64,000 bases of DNA from the human T2T-CHM13v2.0 reference genome, Homo sapiens, in assembly GCF_009914755.1 (NCBI RefSeq), contig NC_060926.1. The stretch is one strand, 5' to 3'. Position numbers and translations under genes: made by a program. The notes under the pieces were generated by a model. The model made no database searches, was not told the origin of the DNA, and saw nothing but the letters and a program-made list of their open reading frames with translations. Shown here in pieces: positions 40,409 through 53,840 of the stretch. The first letter of the stretch is position 1; each line of letters begins with the position of its first letter.

Positions 40409-40888
40409 TGTGTCCAGAGCTGCTTCCTTCTGGTAGGTTTGTGGTCTCACTGACTTCAAGAACAAAGCCACGGACCTTTGCCATGAGTGTTATAGCTCTT
40501 AAAGGTGGCACTGACCCAAAGAGTGGAGAAGGAAAGAACAAAGCTTCTACAGCGTGGAAAGGAACCCAAGCAGGTTGCAGCTACTGGTTTGGGTGGTCAG
40601 CTTTTATTCCCTTATTTGTCCCTGCCCATGTTCCATTTCTGTCCTATCAGAGTGCCCTTTTTTCAATCTTCCCCGTGATTGGTTACTTTTAGGATCCCTG
40701 CTGATTGGTCCATTTTACAGAGCAATGATTGGTCCATTTTACAGAGCGCTGATTGATCCATTTTACAAACCTCTTGCTAGCTACAGGGCACTGATTGGTG
40801 TGTTTTTACAGAGCACTGATTGGTGCATTTTACAAACCTCTTGCTACTACAGAGCACTGATTGGCGCATTTTACAATCCCCTTGTAAG
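40409..40888 (-). mobile_element. LTR12 (ERV9, LTR12F-like) solo LTR, 5'-truncated
   Basis: gtggtctcactgacttcaagaa...gtgttatagctcttaaaggtggc; repeated ctgattggt(c/g)cattttacaga units; ERV9 TATA-like GAATAAAAG on the minus strand at ~40601-40609. Confidence 0.88.
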
Positions 40889-41049
40889 GCCAGGCCGAGG
40901 AGACCCGGGATGAGGCCGGGTCAGACATTAGTGAGGTTCTATGGATGGAGCTCCAGTTCCCTCTGGGTGAGGCCTCACGGAACCAGGCTCAGCCAGATCT
41001 GGGGGCAGGGTGGGGACGGGACACTGCTGGCTCTTTGCTCAGGTCCATC

Positions 41050-41292
41050 CTCCTGACCCTCTTCCCTCCCTCCTTCCCTCTCTCCTTCCTTTTCTCCTTT
41101 CCTCCATTTTTCTGTCCTTCCTTCCTTCTTTCCTTTCCTCCTCCCCTCCCTCCCTCCTTTCCTCCTTCTTTCCTTCCCTCCCTTCTTCCTTCTTTCCTTC
41201 CTTCCCTTCTTCCCTCCCTCCCTTCCTTCTTTCCTTCCTTCCTTGCTTGTTTCCTTCCTTCCTCCCTTCCTCCCTTCCTTCCATTTTCCCCT
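41050..41292. repeat. (CCTT/CCCT)n polypyrimidine tract
   Basis: About 240 bp almost purely C/T. Confidence 0.95.
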
Positions 41293-44200
41293 CAATTATA
41301 AGCAGTTGCCCCTAAATGAGCTTTTCCTACCTTGCTGCTAAATGTCCTGAGTGTCCCTTTGTCTTTATACCCACTTCTGCTCTGGAGTGGCCAGTTATCT
41401 TTGGGTGACTTGGATTCTGTGCTGAAAGGCAGCTAGGCACCTCAGCTGGCCAACCCCACAGTCTGCCTTTCTGCTGACTATGGCTGGGCAGCCTGGGAGC
41501 CCTCAATGCCACCACCCAGTCTCAGAGGGGCTCAAGGCAGGCAGTGAGCTGCAGGCCAAGGCATCAGGGACCCCAGGACAGAGAGGAGCACTCACAGACC
41601 ATGCCCTACCTCCACCTTCCATGACAGGTACACAGAGACAGGTCTTTCTCCCACACATGGATGTCTTTCTCGGATAGTGACCATGTGTTCCTCTAGACAG
41701 TACAATGACTTCTCAGGGGATAGAGGCGGTGCCACCTGGGAAAAATCAGAGGCTGGGCATTGCCATTACCACTGTCGTCCGTCAGGTTGACTTTCCTACG
41801 CCACAATGCCTTGGTCCTTGGGCTCATCCCAGCCCCTGTACCAACATGATATGACAGCTATGATTCCAGGGACACCTGGTTTAAAATTGATGAGGCAGAC
41901 TGTGAGGGAGAGTGAAGTGGGTTTCCACCCCAGGTGTCATCCTGGAGCTGTAAGCACCCTAAGAATCCCCGGCCCCATCACAGGTGTGCAGTGTGCCAGC
42001 AGGTAAGATGGTAGGGTACGGATACCACACCTTTGCGAAGTAGAAAGGACAATGATTACCATGAGGCTGCAAACCAAGGAGCAACTGGCATTGCCAGGGC
42101 TCAAGAACATCAAAGTCTGGTAAATTAGAAGTAAAGGATGGAGGCAGATGTTGGCTTAAAAGAAGAGAAGTATGAGTAGCTATATATGTTATCAGATAAA
42201 GTAGGTGTCAGAGCAAAGAAAATTACCAGGGACAAAAGAGGCCATTACATACATCATGATGAAAGGGTCAATATGCAAGAAGACACAGCAATCCAAAATA
42301 GATAGCCACTGAGCAACACAGCTTCATAATACATAACACAAAAACTGAAAGTAGAAATAGACAAATCCACAAATAAAGTTGTAGACTTCAATGCCCTTCT
42401 CTCAGCAATACAACTGCTAGACACAAAATCAGCAAAGATGCATAAAAACTGAGCACTATCAAACAAAAGTATCTAATATTCTAGACTGCTGCACTTCAAA
42501 CTGCATAATATACATTCTATACCTATGAAAAATTCCCCAAATAGACCATATCCTGGTTCATAAAAAAAACTGAAACCATACAAAATATGTTCTCTGACCA
42601 TAAGGAAACCAAAGAAGAAATCAATAACAAAAAGATAACAGGAGTATCTCAAAGCACTTGAAAATTAAACAACAGATTTATAAATAATACATGGGTTCAA
42701 GAAATATCCTAGAAGAAAAGTAAATAATACAGAAAAAATAGAAATAAAAACACACACATCAAAATTTGTGGGGTGCGTATTAAATGCTTACATTAGAAAA
42801 GAGGAAGAGTCCCAAATCAATAATTTAAGTGCCAAGATAATCTGAATTCCTACACAAATAAGCTAGGAAAAAGGGCACAATAAACACAGAGCAAGAAAAA
42901 AAAGAAAAAGAAAATTAAAAAGCAGAAATCAATGAAATTGAAAACAGAAAAATAAGGGAAATCAAGAAAATAAAAACTTGTTTCCATGAAAATATCAATA
43001 AAATTAATAAACCTCTAGCAAGACAGACAAAGGAAAAAGAGAGAAGACACAAATTACCAATGCTGGAAATGAAACAGGTGATATTACTACAGACCCTGCA
43101 GCCATTAAAAGGAGCAAATATTACAAACATTACTGCACACATAAATTTCACAACTTAGATGACATGGATCAATTACTTGAAAACTACAGCTCATCCAATA
43201 TAAAATGCATTTAATCTTTAATTTAAAAGCTTCTTTAAAAGTCTCCATGCCCAGGTGGTATCAGTGGAGAATTCTACCAAACATTCAAAGAGTAATTAGT
43301 GCCAATTATACACAGTCTCTTCCAGAAAATAAAAGAGAAAAAAGCATATCCTTTTTCATTTTATGCGACTGGTATTACCTTAATAAAAACCTGAAAAAGA
43401 AAGCACAAAAATGAAAAATATCAATATCCTTCATGAACTTAGATACAAACATCCCCAGCAAAACACTAGCAAATTCAATCAAACATCACATTAAAAAAAG
43501 AATCATACCCCACAATCAAGTGGGTTTTATTGCAGGAATGCAAAGTAGGGTTCATTGAAAATAATATAATACACCATCAACAGGTAAACAGGTAAGGAAG
43601 AAAAACTCACATTATCATATCAATTGATGATGCAGAAAATGTACTTGACAAAAGTCAACCCACTGATTTATGATGTTAAAAAAAAACCTCTCGGCAAACA
43701 GGTAGAGAGAGGAACTTCCTCAACTCGATAAAGAACATTTACCAAAAAAAAGAAATCACAGCTAACATAACACTTAATGATAAAAGACTCAGATCCTGAA
43801 TATCATTAAGAAGTTGGAGATGTCTACTATTACCACTCCTATTCAATGTAGGACCAAAAATCCTAACTAGAGTAGTAAGTCAAGAAAGGAAAACAAATGG
43901 CATAGAGATTGGAAAAAAATAAAGAAAAACTCTTCTTATTTGCAGATGACATGATGGTATACATAGAAATTATCTCCCCTCAATTATTTTAAAATTCTTA
44001 GAACTAATGCGTGTTCATCAAGGCTGCAGGATACAAGAACAACACACGTAAAAATTATTGTATTTCTGTATAATAGCAATGAGCCCATAGAAACTGAAAT
44101 TAAAAATACAATGCAGTGTATTTACAATAACTCAAAAAATTACCTATGTATAAATAAACATGCCATGTGCAGGATCTGTATGTTGAAAACTACAAAACGT

Positions 44201-45485
44201 TAATGAGATAAGTAAAATAAGATCTAAATAGATGGAGAGAAATACCACGTTCATGAATTGGAAAACTCAATTCTCCCTAAATTCATCTATAGTCTTAGTG
44301 TAGTTCTTATTAAAATCCTAGCAGAAATCTGTGCAGATGTGAATAAGCATATCTTATATTTTATATGGAAAGGAAAATAAACTAGACTAGCTTAAACAAA
44401 TTTTGAAAAAGAAGAAAAATGTGGGAGGAATCACTCTACCTGATTTTAATTTTTACTCCATCATTACGGTAATCAAGACTATAGAGAAACAGAGAGAAAA
44501 GAGAACAGAATAAAGAACCTAGAAACAGATCCATACAAGTACTTCCAATTGATGTTTGACAAAGGTGCAAAAGCAATTCAATGGGGAAGGGATAGTCTTT
44601 CTACAAATAAATGGTGCTGAAGTGAGTGAACATCCATTGGCAAAAGAAATGAACTGCGACCTAAGTCTCCCTTTATGTACAAAAATTAACTCACAATGGA
44701 CCACAGACTTAAATGTAAAGTGTACAACTACTAAACTTGCAGAAAACAACAGAGAAGGTCATCTTTGAGATCTAGGGTTAGGTGAAGAATTCTTAAGACT
44801 TGACTCGTAAAGTATTATCAATTAAAAAATATACATAAAATTGGACCTCATGCAAATTTAAGTTTTTGCTCTGTGAAAAGCCCTAGTGACAGAATGAAAA
44901 GACAAGCTACAAGGTGGGAGATCACCTGGCAGAGGACAAAATCTGAAATACATAAAGAAGGTCTCAAATCTCAACAATGATCAGCTCAGTCCAGTTAGAA
45001 AATGTGCAAAAGACATGAACAGATATTTCACAAAGAGGATATACAGATTAGCACATGAAAACATGTTAACATCACCAGTCACTAGAGAAATGAAGACCAC
45101 AATGAAATATCACTATACATCTTTCAGAGCAACTAAAATTAAAAATAGAGACCACACCAAAGCCTGACGAGGATGCTGAGAGATTGTCCTTCACACATCA
45201 TTGGTGGGAATGTAAGGTGGTACCCCACTCTGGGAAACATTTTGGAGTCTCTGATAAAAAATTAAACATACACTTACCCTACGATCCAGCAATTACACTT
45301 CTGGGCATTTACACCAGAGGAATGAAACTTTCTGTCTACACAAAAACTTGTATATCAATGTTCATAGCGGCTTTATTCATAATTGTCAAAATCTGGAAAC
45401 GATGTCAATTTCCTTCAATGGGTGAATGGTTAAACAAACTGTGGTACACTGGTAATGTGAGCTCAGCAATAAACAGAAAAAACTA

Positions 45486-46727
45486 GCATACAATGCTTCA
45501 GTCAACAACAGACCAAATATGCTACAGTGGTCCCATGAGACTATAATGAAGCTGAAGAAATCCTATCCCCTAGTGACACTGTAGCCAGCATATGTCATAG
45601 CTTGTCTGTGATGAGGCTGGTGTAAGCAAACCTACTGTGTGCCAGTCATATACAAGTCTAGCACATGCAATTATGTACAGTACATAATACTGATGAAAAT
45701 AACTGACGATATTTCTGGATTATATTTTTAGTACACTATACTTTTTATCATAATTTTGGAGTGTACTCCTCCTACTTATAAAAAAAAAATAGATACCTGT
45801 AAAACAGCCTCAGATAAGTCCTTCAGGAGGTATTCAGAAGAAGGCATCATTACCACAGGGGAGAACAATTCCATGTGTGCTACTGCTCCTGAAGACCTTC
45901 CAGTGGGACAAGAGGTGGAGGTGGAAGACAGTGACGTCATATTAGTCTGTCCTCATGCTGCTAATAAAGACGTACCCGAGACCGGGTAATTCATAAAGGA
46001 AAGAGGTTTAATGGACTCACAGTTCCACATGGCTGGGGAGGCCTCACAATCATGGTGGAGAGCGAAGGGGAAGCAAGACACGTCTTACATGGTGGCAGGC
46101 AAGAAAGTGTGTGCAGGGGAGCTTCCCTTTATAAAACCACCAGATCCCATGAGACTGATTCACTGTGACAAGAACAGCATGGGAAAGATCCACCCCCACG
46201 ATTCAACGGCCTCCCACCAGGTCCCTCCCACAACACATGGGGATTATGGGAGCTACAATTCAAGATGAGACTTGGGTGGGGACACAGTTATACCCTATCA
46301 GACATGGATGATCCTGACCGTATGTAGACCTAGGCTAATGTGTGCATTTGTGCCTTAGTATTTTTTTAAAGTTTTAAAAGTTAAAAAAGTAATAGAATAA
46401 AGCTTATAGAATAAGGATATGAAGAAAGAATATAGAGCTGTAACATGTATTTTAAGGTAAATGTTATTATAAAAGAGTCAGAAAGTTAAAAAATATCAAA
46501 AAGTGTATGAAGTAAAAGACTTAGAGTAAGCTAAGGTTAGCTTACTGAAGAAAGAAAACTTTTAACGATAAATTGAGTTTAGCCTAAGTGTGCAATGTCT
46601 ATAAAGTCTGCAGCAGTGCACAGTCATGTCCCAGGCCCTCACGTTCACTCCCCACCCACTGGCTGACTCACCGACCTAACGGTGCAGTCCTCAGGATGTA
46701 TCCCCGTCATTACACAAAGCATGACTG
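45486..46727 (+). mobile_element. Tigger3b-like DNA transposon
   Basis: tcagtcaacaacagacc...gtggtcccatgagactataat, aagcaaacctactg, ccttcaggaggtattcagaagaaggcat; right end gtatccccgtcatt...gcatgactg followed by TA. Confidence 0.85.
45938..46300 (-). mobile_element. THE1 solo LTR inside Tigger3b
   Basis: tattagtctgtcctcatgctgctaataaagac...gaggtttaatggactcacagttccacatggctggggaggcctcacaatcatgg; TSD GACGT / GACAT. Confidence 0.93.
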
Positions 46728-47639
46728 TATTGCCACTCTCACAGCCTGGAGGGGGCTCAAGGGCATTAGGCTGAATTTTAAAAGTTAATCTCTAAAGGTC
46801 ACATGCCGCACAATTCCATTTATACAAAATTCTCAAAATGACAAAATCACAGAGCTGCAGAACAGCTTCCTGGTTGCCAGGGTTAGGGGTGGGGCAAGGG
46901 GAGGAGCCTGGGTGGCGACTGGGGACAGCCTGAGGGAGATTCACACGATGACATCAGCGTGGCAGCCGCCACAGGTGGCAAAATTCTATAAAACCACATG
47001 GAACAACAAATGAGTGTGAGGAAAGCTGGCAAAAACTCGGCAAGGCTGGTGGGCCCATCACTGTCAGGTCCCTGGTACCCCAATACGGTGGCTGTGGGGG
47101 TGCTGGGCAAGGACACAGGGGACTTCTGCATGCTGCGTTTGCAATTTCTTGTGCATGTGTAGTCATCAAATTAAAAGTTAAAAGCAAAGACACAAAACAC
47201 CAGTACCCAGGTAAACAGCGACTGAAGTCAAGAAGGGCCCTCCCATCCCACATGGGAAAACAGCAGACCCCAGCACAGCCCCCACCACAAACGCGAGCAA
47301 GGGGCAGAAGGTCTGTACAAAGATTCCAGGACTTTAAAAAAAAAATAACAAAAGAAGAAAACAAATGTAACAGAAAAAAAAAGGCAGGTACCAATGCCAC
47401 TTTGAAGGCATAATTGTTCCATAACAGAAGAAAATGTATACCTCAACTGCTTTCATGTTTTCCAAGAAATAAAGGAGCACATGAATTCCATGAATCATGA
47501 CTAAAGAAAAGAAGGCAAAAGACAAGATGAAATACAGAGCTGGAAAGAGAACACAAAGAGGAAAAAGGAAAACCACTTGCGATCTGAAAATTACTTCTAT
47601 TGTGATTATTATTCTGTGAAGTCAGTTCCTCATGGCAGG

Positions 47640-48500
47640 AAATCCCCCGAATCCACGCCAGACTCCTCGGCCCTGGCCCACCGCGAGCCGCTGCTGGGTT
47701 TAATGCAGTTCCTGTCTCCCACCCTGGAGCTGTGACAGCGACATCTCGTTTCCAACTATGCTCTCCCCACAGGTGACCTCATCCAGGGCCCTGGGGGACA
47801 CTCTCACCTGTGATTCCCAAGCTGTCTCCAAGCCCTGCCTCACCTGCTCCAGAGGCACCCAGCCAACCACCGGACATCCCGCTCCAGGTCCCTCTGTGCA
47901 AGGATGTCAGACCCTTCCGCGTTCCCTGCAGCGTCCCTTCCAAACAGGTGGTATCCGTGTTCCAAGCAGCCCAGGCCCAACCTCGGAGCCTGTGTGGTTG
48001 CTCCTTCACCCCACTCCTCCCATCAGCGGATCCTCCGCGAATCCTCCCAGCCTTGACTCCGAAACGCTTTGTCTCCCATCGCCCCGCGGCCACCCGGATC
48101 CCACTCCCGAGGTCAGGAGCCCCCGACTCTTCCTCCTGCACCTACTCCTGTCTCTGTCCAGTGCTCCCCACTGGCGCCCGGTGAGCTGAAGACAAGAACC
48201 AAAGCAGGCTTGAACCCCCTCCCGTGCCTTCCCACTGCTCTTTAAAAATGAAGAGAACGCTGCATCTGGCTAACGAGATCGTAACAAGATCGCCACCCGG
48301 CGTCTCCAAAGCCGGGATGCAGCCACCCAGGCGAGACGCTGCCCTGACACTGCAGTGATGTGCGTGCTTGGCACCAACCGGTGGCCTGGCTGCTGCCCTG
48401 GAGACAGGGACAATGGCTGCATCAGCCACCCATGGGTTACGGAGGACGGTACCGGGCAGAGACGCAGACACCGATGACTGAGTTGTCGAAGGTGGTTGAG
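47640..48500. promoter_or_regulatory. CpG-enriched segment (weak CpG-island-like)
   Basis: Visibly more CpG than the flanks (ccgcgagccg, tccgcgaa, tcgccccgcggcc); observed/expected ratio not computed. Confidence 0.45.
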
Positions 48501-48744
48501 AATGGGAAGGAGGGGCCAGGGTCTCACGAGGCCATTTCTCTTGTGGTCTCAGGTCTCACTCCTGAGCCTCCATAAAAAGGAAAAAATGAGTCAAAAAGAG
48601 CTCTTGCAAGGAATGCAAAATAAGCCATGGCAGTGTTTCCTCACCTCTCAACGTTATTTAATCAGTGGTGATTTTCCTTCTTGTGGGAGGCTAGTGCACC
48701 TCACAAGCCCGGGAAGTGCGGCAGCCCTTGCTGCTCCAGCAAGC

Positions 48745-49485
48745 TGCCCTGCTCCTCCGCCGGCCCTGCTTCTCCACCAGCCCTGCTCCTCCACTGCTCT
48801 TGCTCCTCCACCGCCCCTGCTTCTCCACCACCCCTGCTCCTCCACTGCCCCTGCTCCTCCACTGCTCTTGCTCCTCCGCCGGCCCTGCTTCTCCACCAGC
48901 CCTGCTTCTCCACTGCTCTTGCTCCTCCACTGCCCCTGCTTCTCCACCAGCCCTGCTCCTCCACTGCCCCTGCTCCTCCACTGCTCTTGCTCCTCCGCCG
49001 GCCCTGCTCTCCCACTGCCCCTGCTCCTCAGCCAGCCCTGCTCCTCCACTGCCCCTGCTCCTCCACCAGTCCTGCTCCTCCACTGCCCCTGCTCCTCCAC
49101 TGCCCCTGCTCCTCCGCTGCCCCTGCTTCTCCACCGCCCCTGCTCCTCAGCCAGTCCTGCTTCTCAACTGCCCCTGCTCCTCCACCAGTCCTGCTCCTCC
49201 ACTGCCCCTGCTCCTCCACTGCCCCTGCTTCTCCACCGCCCCTGCTCCTCAGCCAGTCCTGCTTCTCAACTGCCCCTGCTCCTCCACCAGTCCTGCTCCT
49301 CCACTGCCCCTGCTCCTCCGCTGCCCCTGCTTCTCCACCGCCCCTGCTCCTCCACCAGCCCTGCTTCTCCACTGCCCCTGCTCCTCAGCCAGCCCTGCTT
49401 CTCCACCGCCCCTAGTCCTCTGCCAGCCCTGCTTCTCCACCACCCCTGCTCCTCCGCCACCCCTGCTCCTCCATTGCCCCTGCTC
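48745..49485. repeat. 17-bp minisatellite ctccactgcccctgctc, ~43 copies
   Basis: Variant units (ctccaccagccctgctt, ctcagccagtcctgctt) are interspersed; a 102-bp higher-order repeat is visible as a 34-aa repeat in ORF 48496. Confidence 0.97.
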
Positions 49486-49904
49486 TGACCTTTGCCATGA
49501 CCTTCACATCCCCTGCAAATTTCCTCCTTCAGCCGTGCATGCAGATCATCTCCCAGGATGCCCTCCTCAGAGACCTTTCCTGACCCCGTCCCCATGGATC
49601 CCGTCCTGATCGCCACTTTGCCGAGAGAAATGACCAGGTCACACCAAGCAGAAAGACGGTCCTGCCTGTCTGCAGGCAGTGGCTCCAGTCCCTCTGCACC
49701 CCGCTGTCCGCAGCCTCTGCTGACCCTGCCTGCCGCCCCCAAAGAGCTCTACAGACTCACAGGTGGCACCCGGCCAATCAGTGGTGAGCACCAGGAAGGA
49801 AAGGTACACAGGGCGGGGTTGTGGGAAACAGGGAGGTGGAAGGCAAGGATGCACCGGGAGCCGGACCAGAGGGCGTGCAGAAGAGTTCCTGGCAGGGGAA
49901 CAGC

Positions 49905-50092
49905 AGGCATGGAGGCCCCGGTGGATGGGTACAGCGAGCTCAGGAGGAGGGGCAGGGTCCAGGAGGGGTGTGGCAGGGAGGGAGGTCAGGAGGCCGCAGG
50001 GTCCTGGTGGACGGGTACAGCATGCCCAGGAGGGGGGGCAGGGTCCAGGAGGGGTGTGGCAGGGAGGGAGGTCAGGGGGCAGTAGGGCCCTG
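49905..50092. repeat. 2-copy direct repeat, period 86 bp, within an L2-like remnant
   Basis: ggtgga(t/c)gggtacagc...ggcagggtccaggaggggtgtggcagggagggaggtcagg at 49920 and 50006. Confidence 0.9.
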
Positions 50093-50214
50093 TGGAGAAT
50101 GGCGTTTAGCTTTTTAGGGCCGTGGGAGCCTCGGAGGGTTTTGAGCAGAGCAGTGACTTGATTTGCTAAATTGAGTGCTTCTGGTCCCATTGGCTTTTCC
50201 CTGTGAGCATCTGA

Positions 50215-50575
50215 ACAGCAACTTTCACCCTGGCCACAGGCATGAGCTCTTTGGGGCAGACCGGCTTAATCCACATGATGTAGTCTCTCTCACTTCTGCA
50301 GAAATCAAGGTGTCTGCAGGGCTGCAGGAAAGAAGCTGTTCCGGGCCTCTCTGGAGGTGCCCAGCACCCCTGGCATGCAGGCACCTCGCTCCAGCCCCTG
50401 CCCGTCCTCACACAGCCCCCTCCCTCTCCTTCGATGACACTTGTCATTGGATGAGGATGTGCCCGAAAGCCAGGATGAGCTCATCTCAGTATCCTTAACT
50501 AACATATCTGCAAAGATCCCTTTTCCAAATGAGGTCACATTCACAAGTCCCAGGTGGACACGTTCTGGGGACACC
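50215..50575 (-). mobile_element. MLT1C/B-like MaLR LTR
   Basis: gaaatcaaggtgtctgcagggctg...gacacttgtcattggat...acatatctgcaaagatcccttttccaaatgaggtcacattcaca. Confidence 0.8.
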
Positions 50576-50580
50576 ACTCG

Positions 50581-50650
50581 CCTCGCCACAGCGTCTTTCC
50601 ACCAAGCGGGGTCTCCTCGCCACAGCGTCTTTCCCCCAAGCAGGGTCTCC
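50581..50650. repeat. 2-copy direct repeat, period 34 bp
   Basis: cctcgccacagcgtctttcc(a/c)ccaagc(g/a)gggtct x2. Confidence 0.93.
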
Positions 50651-50758
50651 ACCTGCACTGTGCCCTCCAGATCTCCAAGTGCCCAAACCAGTGCTTGGCA
50701 CACAGCAGGTGCCCAGTCAGTGTTTACTCAGTGAATGAATACAAGCTCAGCAAGATGA

Positions 50759-51215
<457 letters not shown>

Positions 51216-51647
51216 TGCACCTCTGCTCCTTTAATCACACATGGTTCCTTTTTCATGTTTATTGAATAGACATCTTTATATTTTGCGAAAAAATGGGAAA
51301 CAAAAACCCAAATACCCTTTTGCCTCTTAGCACCAAGAATCTATTAATTCATTGCTTGGCTGAAACCCTTATTTTGACACTTGTGCTTGGCCGAAACTGT
51401 TGTACCTGTGTTTCTCTGCATTCTGCTTTTCTTCTAACCATTTAAAAAACTACTTTCCAAGCACCTGCAAAGCCTACACGGTTACCATGCGACAGCAGTA
51501 AAACATTTCTGCGCTTTTCCATGACACGGCACCCTCGCAAGCCCGCAGGCATGTAGACTGCTTACACGTTTCTTGCTATTTTAGAAAATGAAGCTGTGAG
51601 CCCTTTTGTAAATTAGGTCTTCCTCTGGGATAAGTTTCCAAAAGTGA

Positions 51648-51962
<315 letters not shown>

Positions 51963-52586
51963 TCTGATCAAAGTATTTAATGGGCTTTATTAATCCATTT
52001 ATTTACAAACCATTTTTAAGAGCCTACACTATGAGCGAGACTCCACCGTACACGCTAGAAGCAGCCCTCAGTGGGGAAGGCAGGCTATGACAAGTGACGG
52101 CAGCCCGTGTAGGTTGTGGTCTGTCTCCCGTGGCAGGGCCTGGGATGGGGGCATCTCAGCACCTCCCAGCACAGGGGCAGGTCCCAGGCAGTAGCAGGTC
52201 ACATTGGAGTGAGGGATAGGAGGCTAGGGAGGGACCCCCAGGAGGCAAGCAGTTTGGATGCTGGGAGCCCTTGCCCTTCTCAAGGCTAACAGCAGTTGAG
52301 GAACAGAGGAACTCTGCCCACCCAGGCCATATCCCTCCATCCCATCTGCCTCGGGTCCCTCTTACACTGCTCAGAGATGCTCCAAGCTCAGGCCTCCATC
52401 TCTACCCTTCAGGAGTTCCCTGTCTCGCTGTCTCCTGGGGACATCCCAGGCCACAATAATGGTGTGTCTATACCTGAGGACAAAGGCTGCAGCCGGGCCT
52501 GGGGAGCGACCTGGAGCCAGCTGGTCCTGCCAGTCCTGCCACCACTGCTGTAGGCTGGGACAGCCAAGCCACGGAGCCTCCATGGT

Positions 52587-52672
52587 TTTTTTTTTGTTTT
52601 TTTGTTTTGTTTTGTTTTGTTTTGACGGAATCTCGCTCTGTCACCCAGGCTGGAGTGCAGTGGCGGGATCTC
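52587..52672 (-). mobile_element. Severely 5'-truncated Alu with (TTTTG)n tail
   Basis: gacggaatctcgctctgtcacccaggctggagtgcagtggcgggatctc only; flanks show gagcctcca on both sides. Confidence 0.85.
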
Positions 52673-52954
52673 TCAGAGCCTCCAACTTAATGCACAGCTA
52701 CACTTGCAGGAAGTCCCTGCAGCCTCCTCCCAGGGCTACGGGGAGTGTCGTGTAAAACCCTGTGTGTGAAAATGCTTTGACAGGCATCAGGTGCTCCAAG
52801 GATCTAAGGAATGATATGTAGGGCCCTGTACGGAACGAAGTCAGTGAAACAGGGGCACGTCCCAAAATTACAGGGAAGAGAGATTAATCAAGGTAACACC
52901 ATTCCATAAGCGGATTGGATCATAGATTTGAATGATCCAGTTTTGTATTTTGAA

Positions 52955-53265
52955 TTTTTTTAGAGAGGGCGTCTCACTCTGTCACCCAGGCTGGAGTGGA
53001 GTGACACGATCACAGCTCATTGCAGCCTTGAACATCTGGGCTCAAGCAATCCTCCTGCCTTTGCCTCTAGAGTAGCTGGGACTACAGGTGCACACTGCCA
53101 GGCCCGGATAATTTATTAATTTTTGTAGAGGTGGGGTTTCTCCATGTTGCCCAGGCTGGTCTTGAGCTCTTGGCCCCAGACGATCCTCCTGCTGGCCTCA
53201 AGCAATTCTCCTGCCTTGGCCTCCCAAAATGCTGGGATTACAGGTGTGAGCCACCATGCCTGGCC
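52955..53265 (-). mobile_element. AluJ-like SINE with a small internal duplication
   Basis: gatcacagctcattgcagccttgaac...gggctcaagcaatcctcc; ggccccagacgatcctcctgct followed by ggcctcaagcaattctcctgcc. Confidence 0.9.
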
Positions 53266-53567
53266 AGATTTAAGTAAACTAATAGGCACCATCTCCTGCC
53301 CTGGATCCTAGTCTCCACACTGTCCCATGAACTCTGCCTCCCACATGTGATGACACCAGCCACTTATCAGCAGAGTCACTGCCATGTTGGGAGGGAGTGG
53401 GGGGCAGGTGGGTCTTAACCTTCTCCTAGTTCCCACTCCACCTCCTGCCTCCCCACCCCCACCCCCAGCCTGACGAACCACGAACCAAATCTCACTCTGC
53501 ACATGTGGCATGAAAGGAATTGTAACAATACGGGGTCCTTGACGTCTGGCTTCTTTTCTCATCACCT

Positions 53568-53840
53568 TTTCATTTTATTTTTTTATTGACGAATTGTACA
53601 TACTTATGATGTTTGGATCCATATAATGTACAGTGATCAGATCAGGGTAATTCGCTTACCCATCATCTTAAACATTTATCCCTGTTTTGTACTGGGAGCA
53701 TTCAACATCCTCCTTGTTTGAAGCTGCATGTGATTAGTAAGTGCAGAGTCATCCTAGAGCGGTAGAGGGCGCTGGACCTCATTCGTCCTGTCAGCTGCGA
53801 TTGTCTGTCCTTTGACAGGTCTCAGCGCAGCGTTCTCACT
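53568..53840 (-). mobile_element. L1MA-type 3' end
   Basis: aattgtacatacttatg...gtgatcagatcagggtaatt...ccatcatcttaaacatttatc. Confidence 0.7.

Larger units (their letters stand above)
42110..47185 (+). mobile_element. Old L1M (MC/MD-like) ORF2 and 3'UTR, interrupted at 45486-46727
   Basis: Endonuclease motifs (atcagataaagtag, gacttcaatgcccttctctc), RT motif tttgcagatgacatg (FADD) at ~43940, C-terminal peptides (HWWECKVV...PYDPAITLLGIY); the 3'UTR resumes after the Tigger (attccatttatacaaaattctcaaaatgacaaaat). Confidence 0.92.

Noticed and set aside
47190-47600. A-rich segment as a separate gene exon
   Set aside because: Composition suggests an old L1/HAL1 ORF1-like scrap; too degenerate to call.
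48745-49485. PRDM9 13-mer (CCNCCNTNNCCNC) or Chi-site array
   Set aside because: The common unit cctccactgcccc misses the conserved T. GCTGGTGG occurs in some variants on the minus strand but has no established function in primates.
48496-49609. Pro-rich ORFs of 244-330 aa
   Set aside because: Frames through the 17-bp minisatellite, open on both strands.
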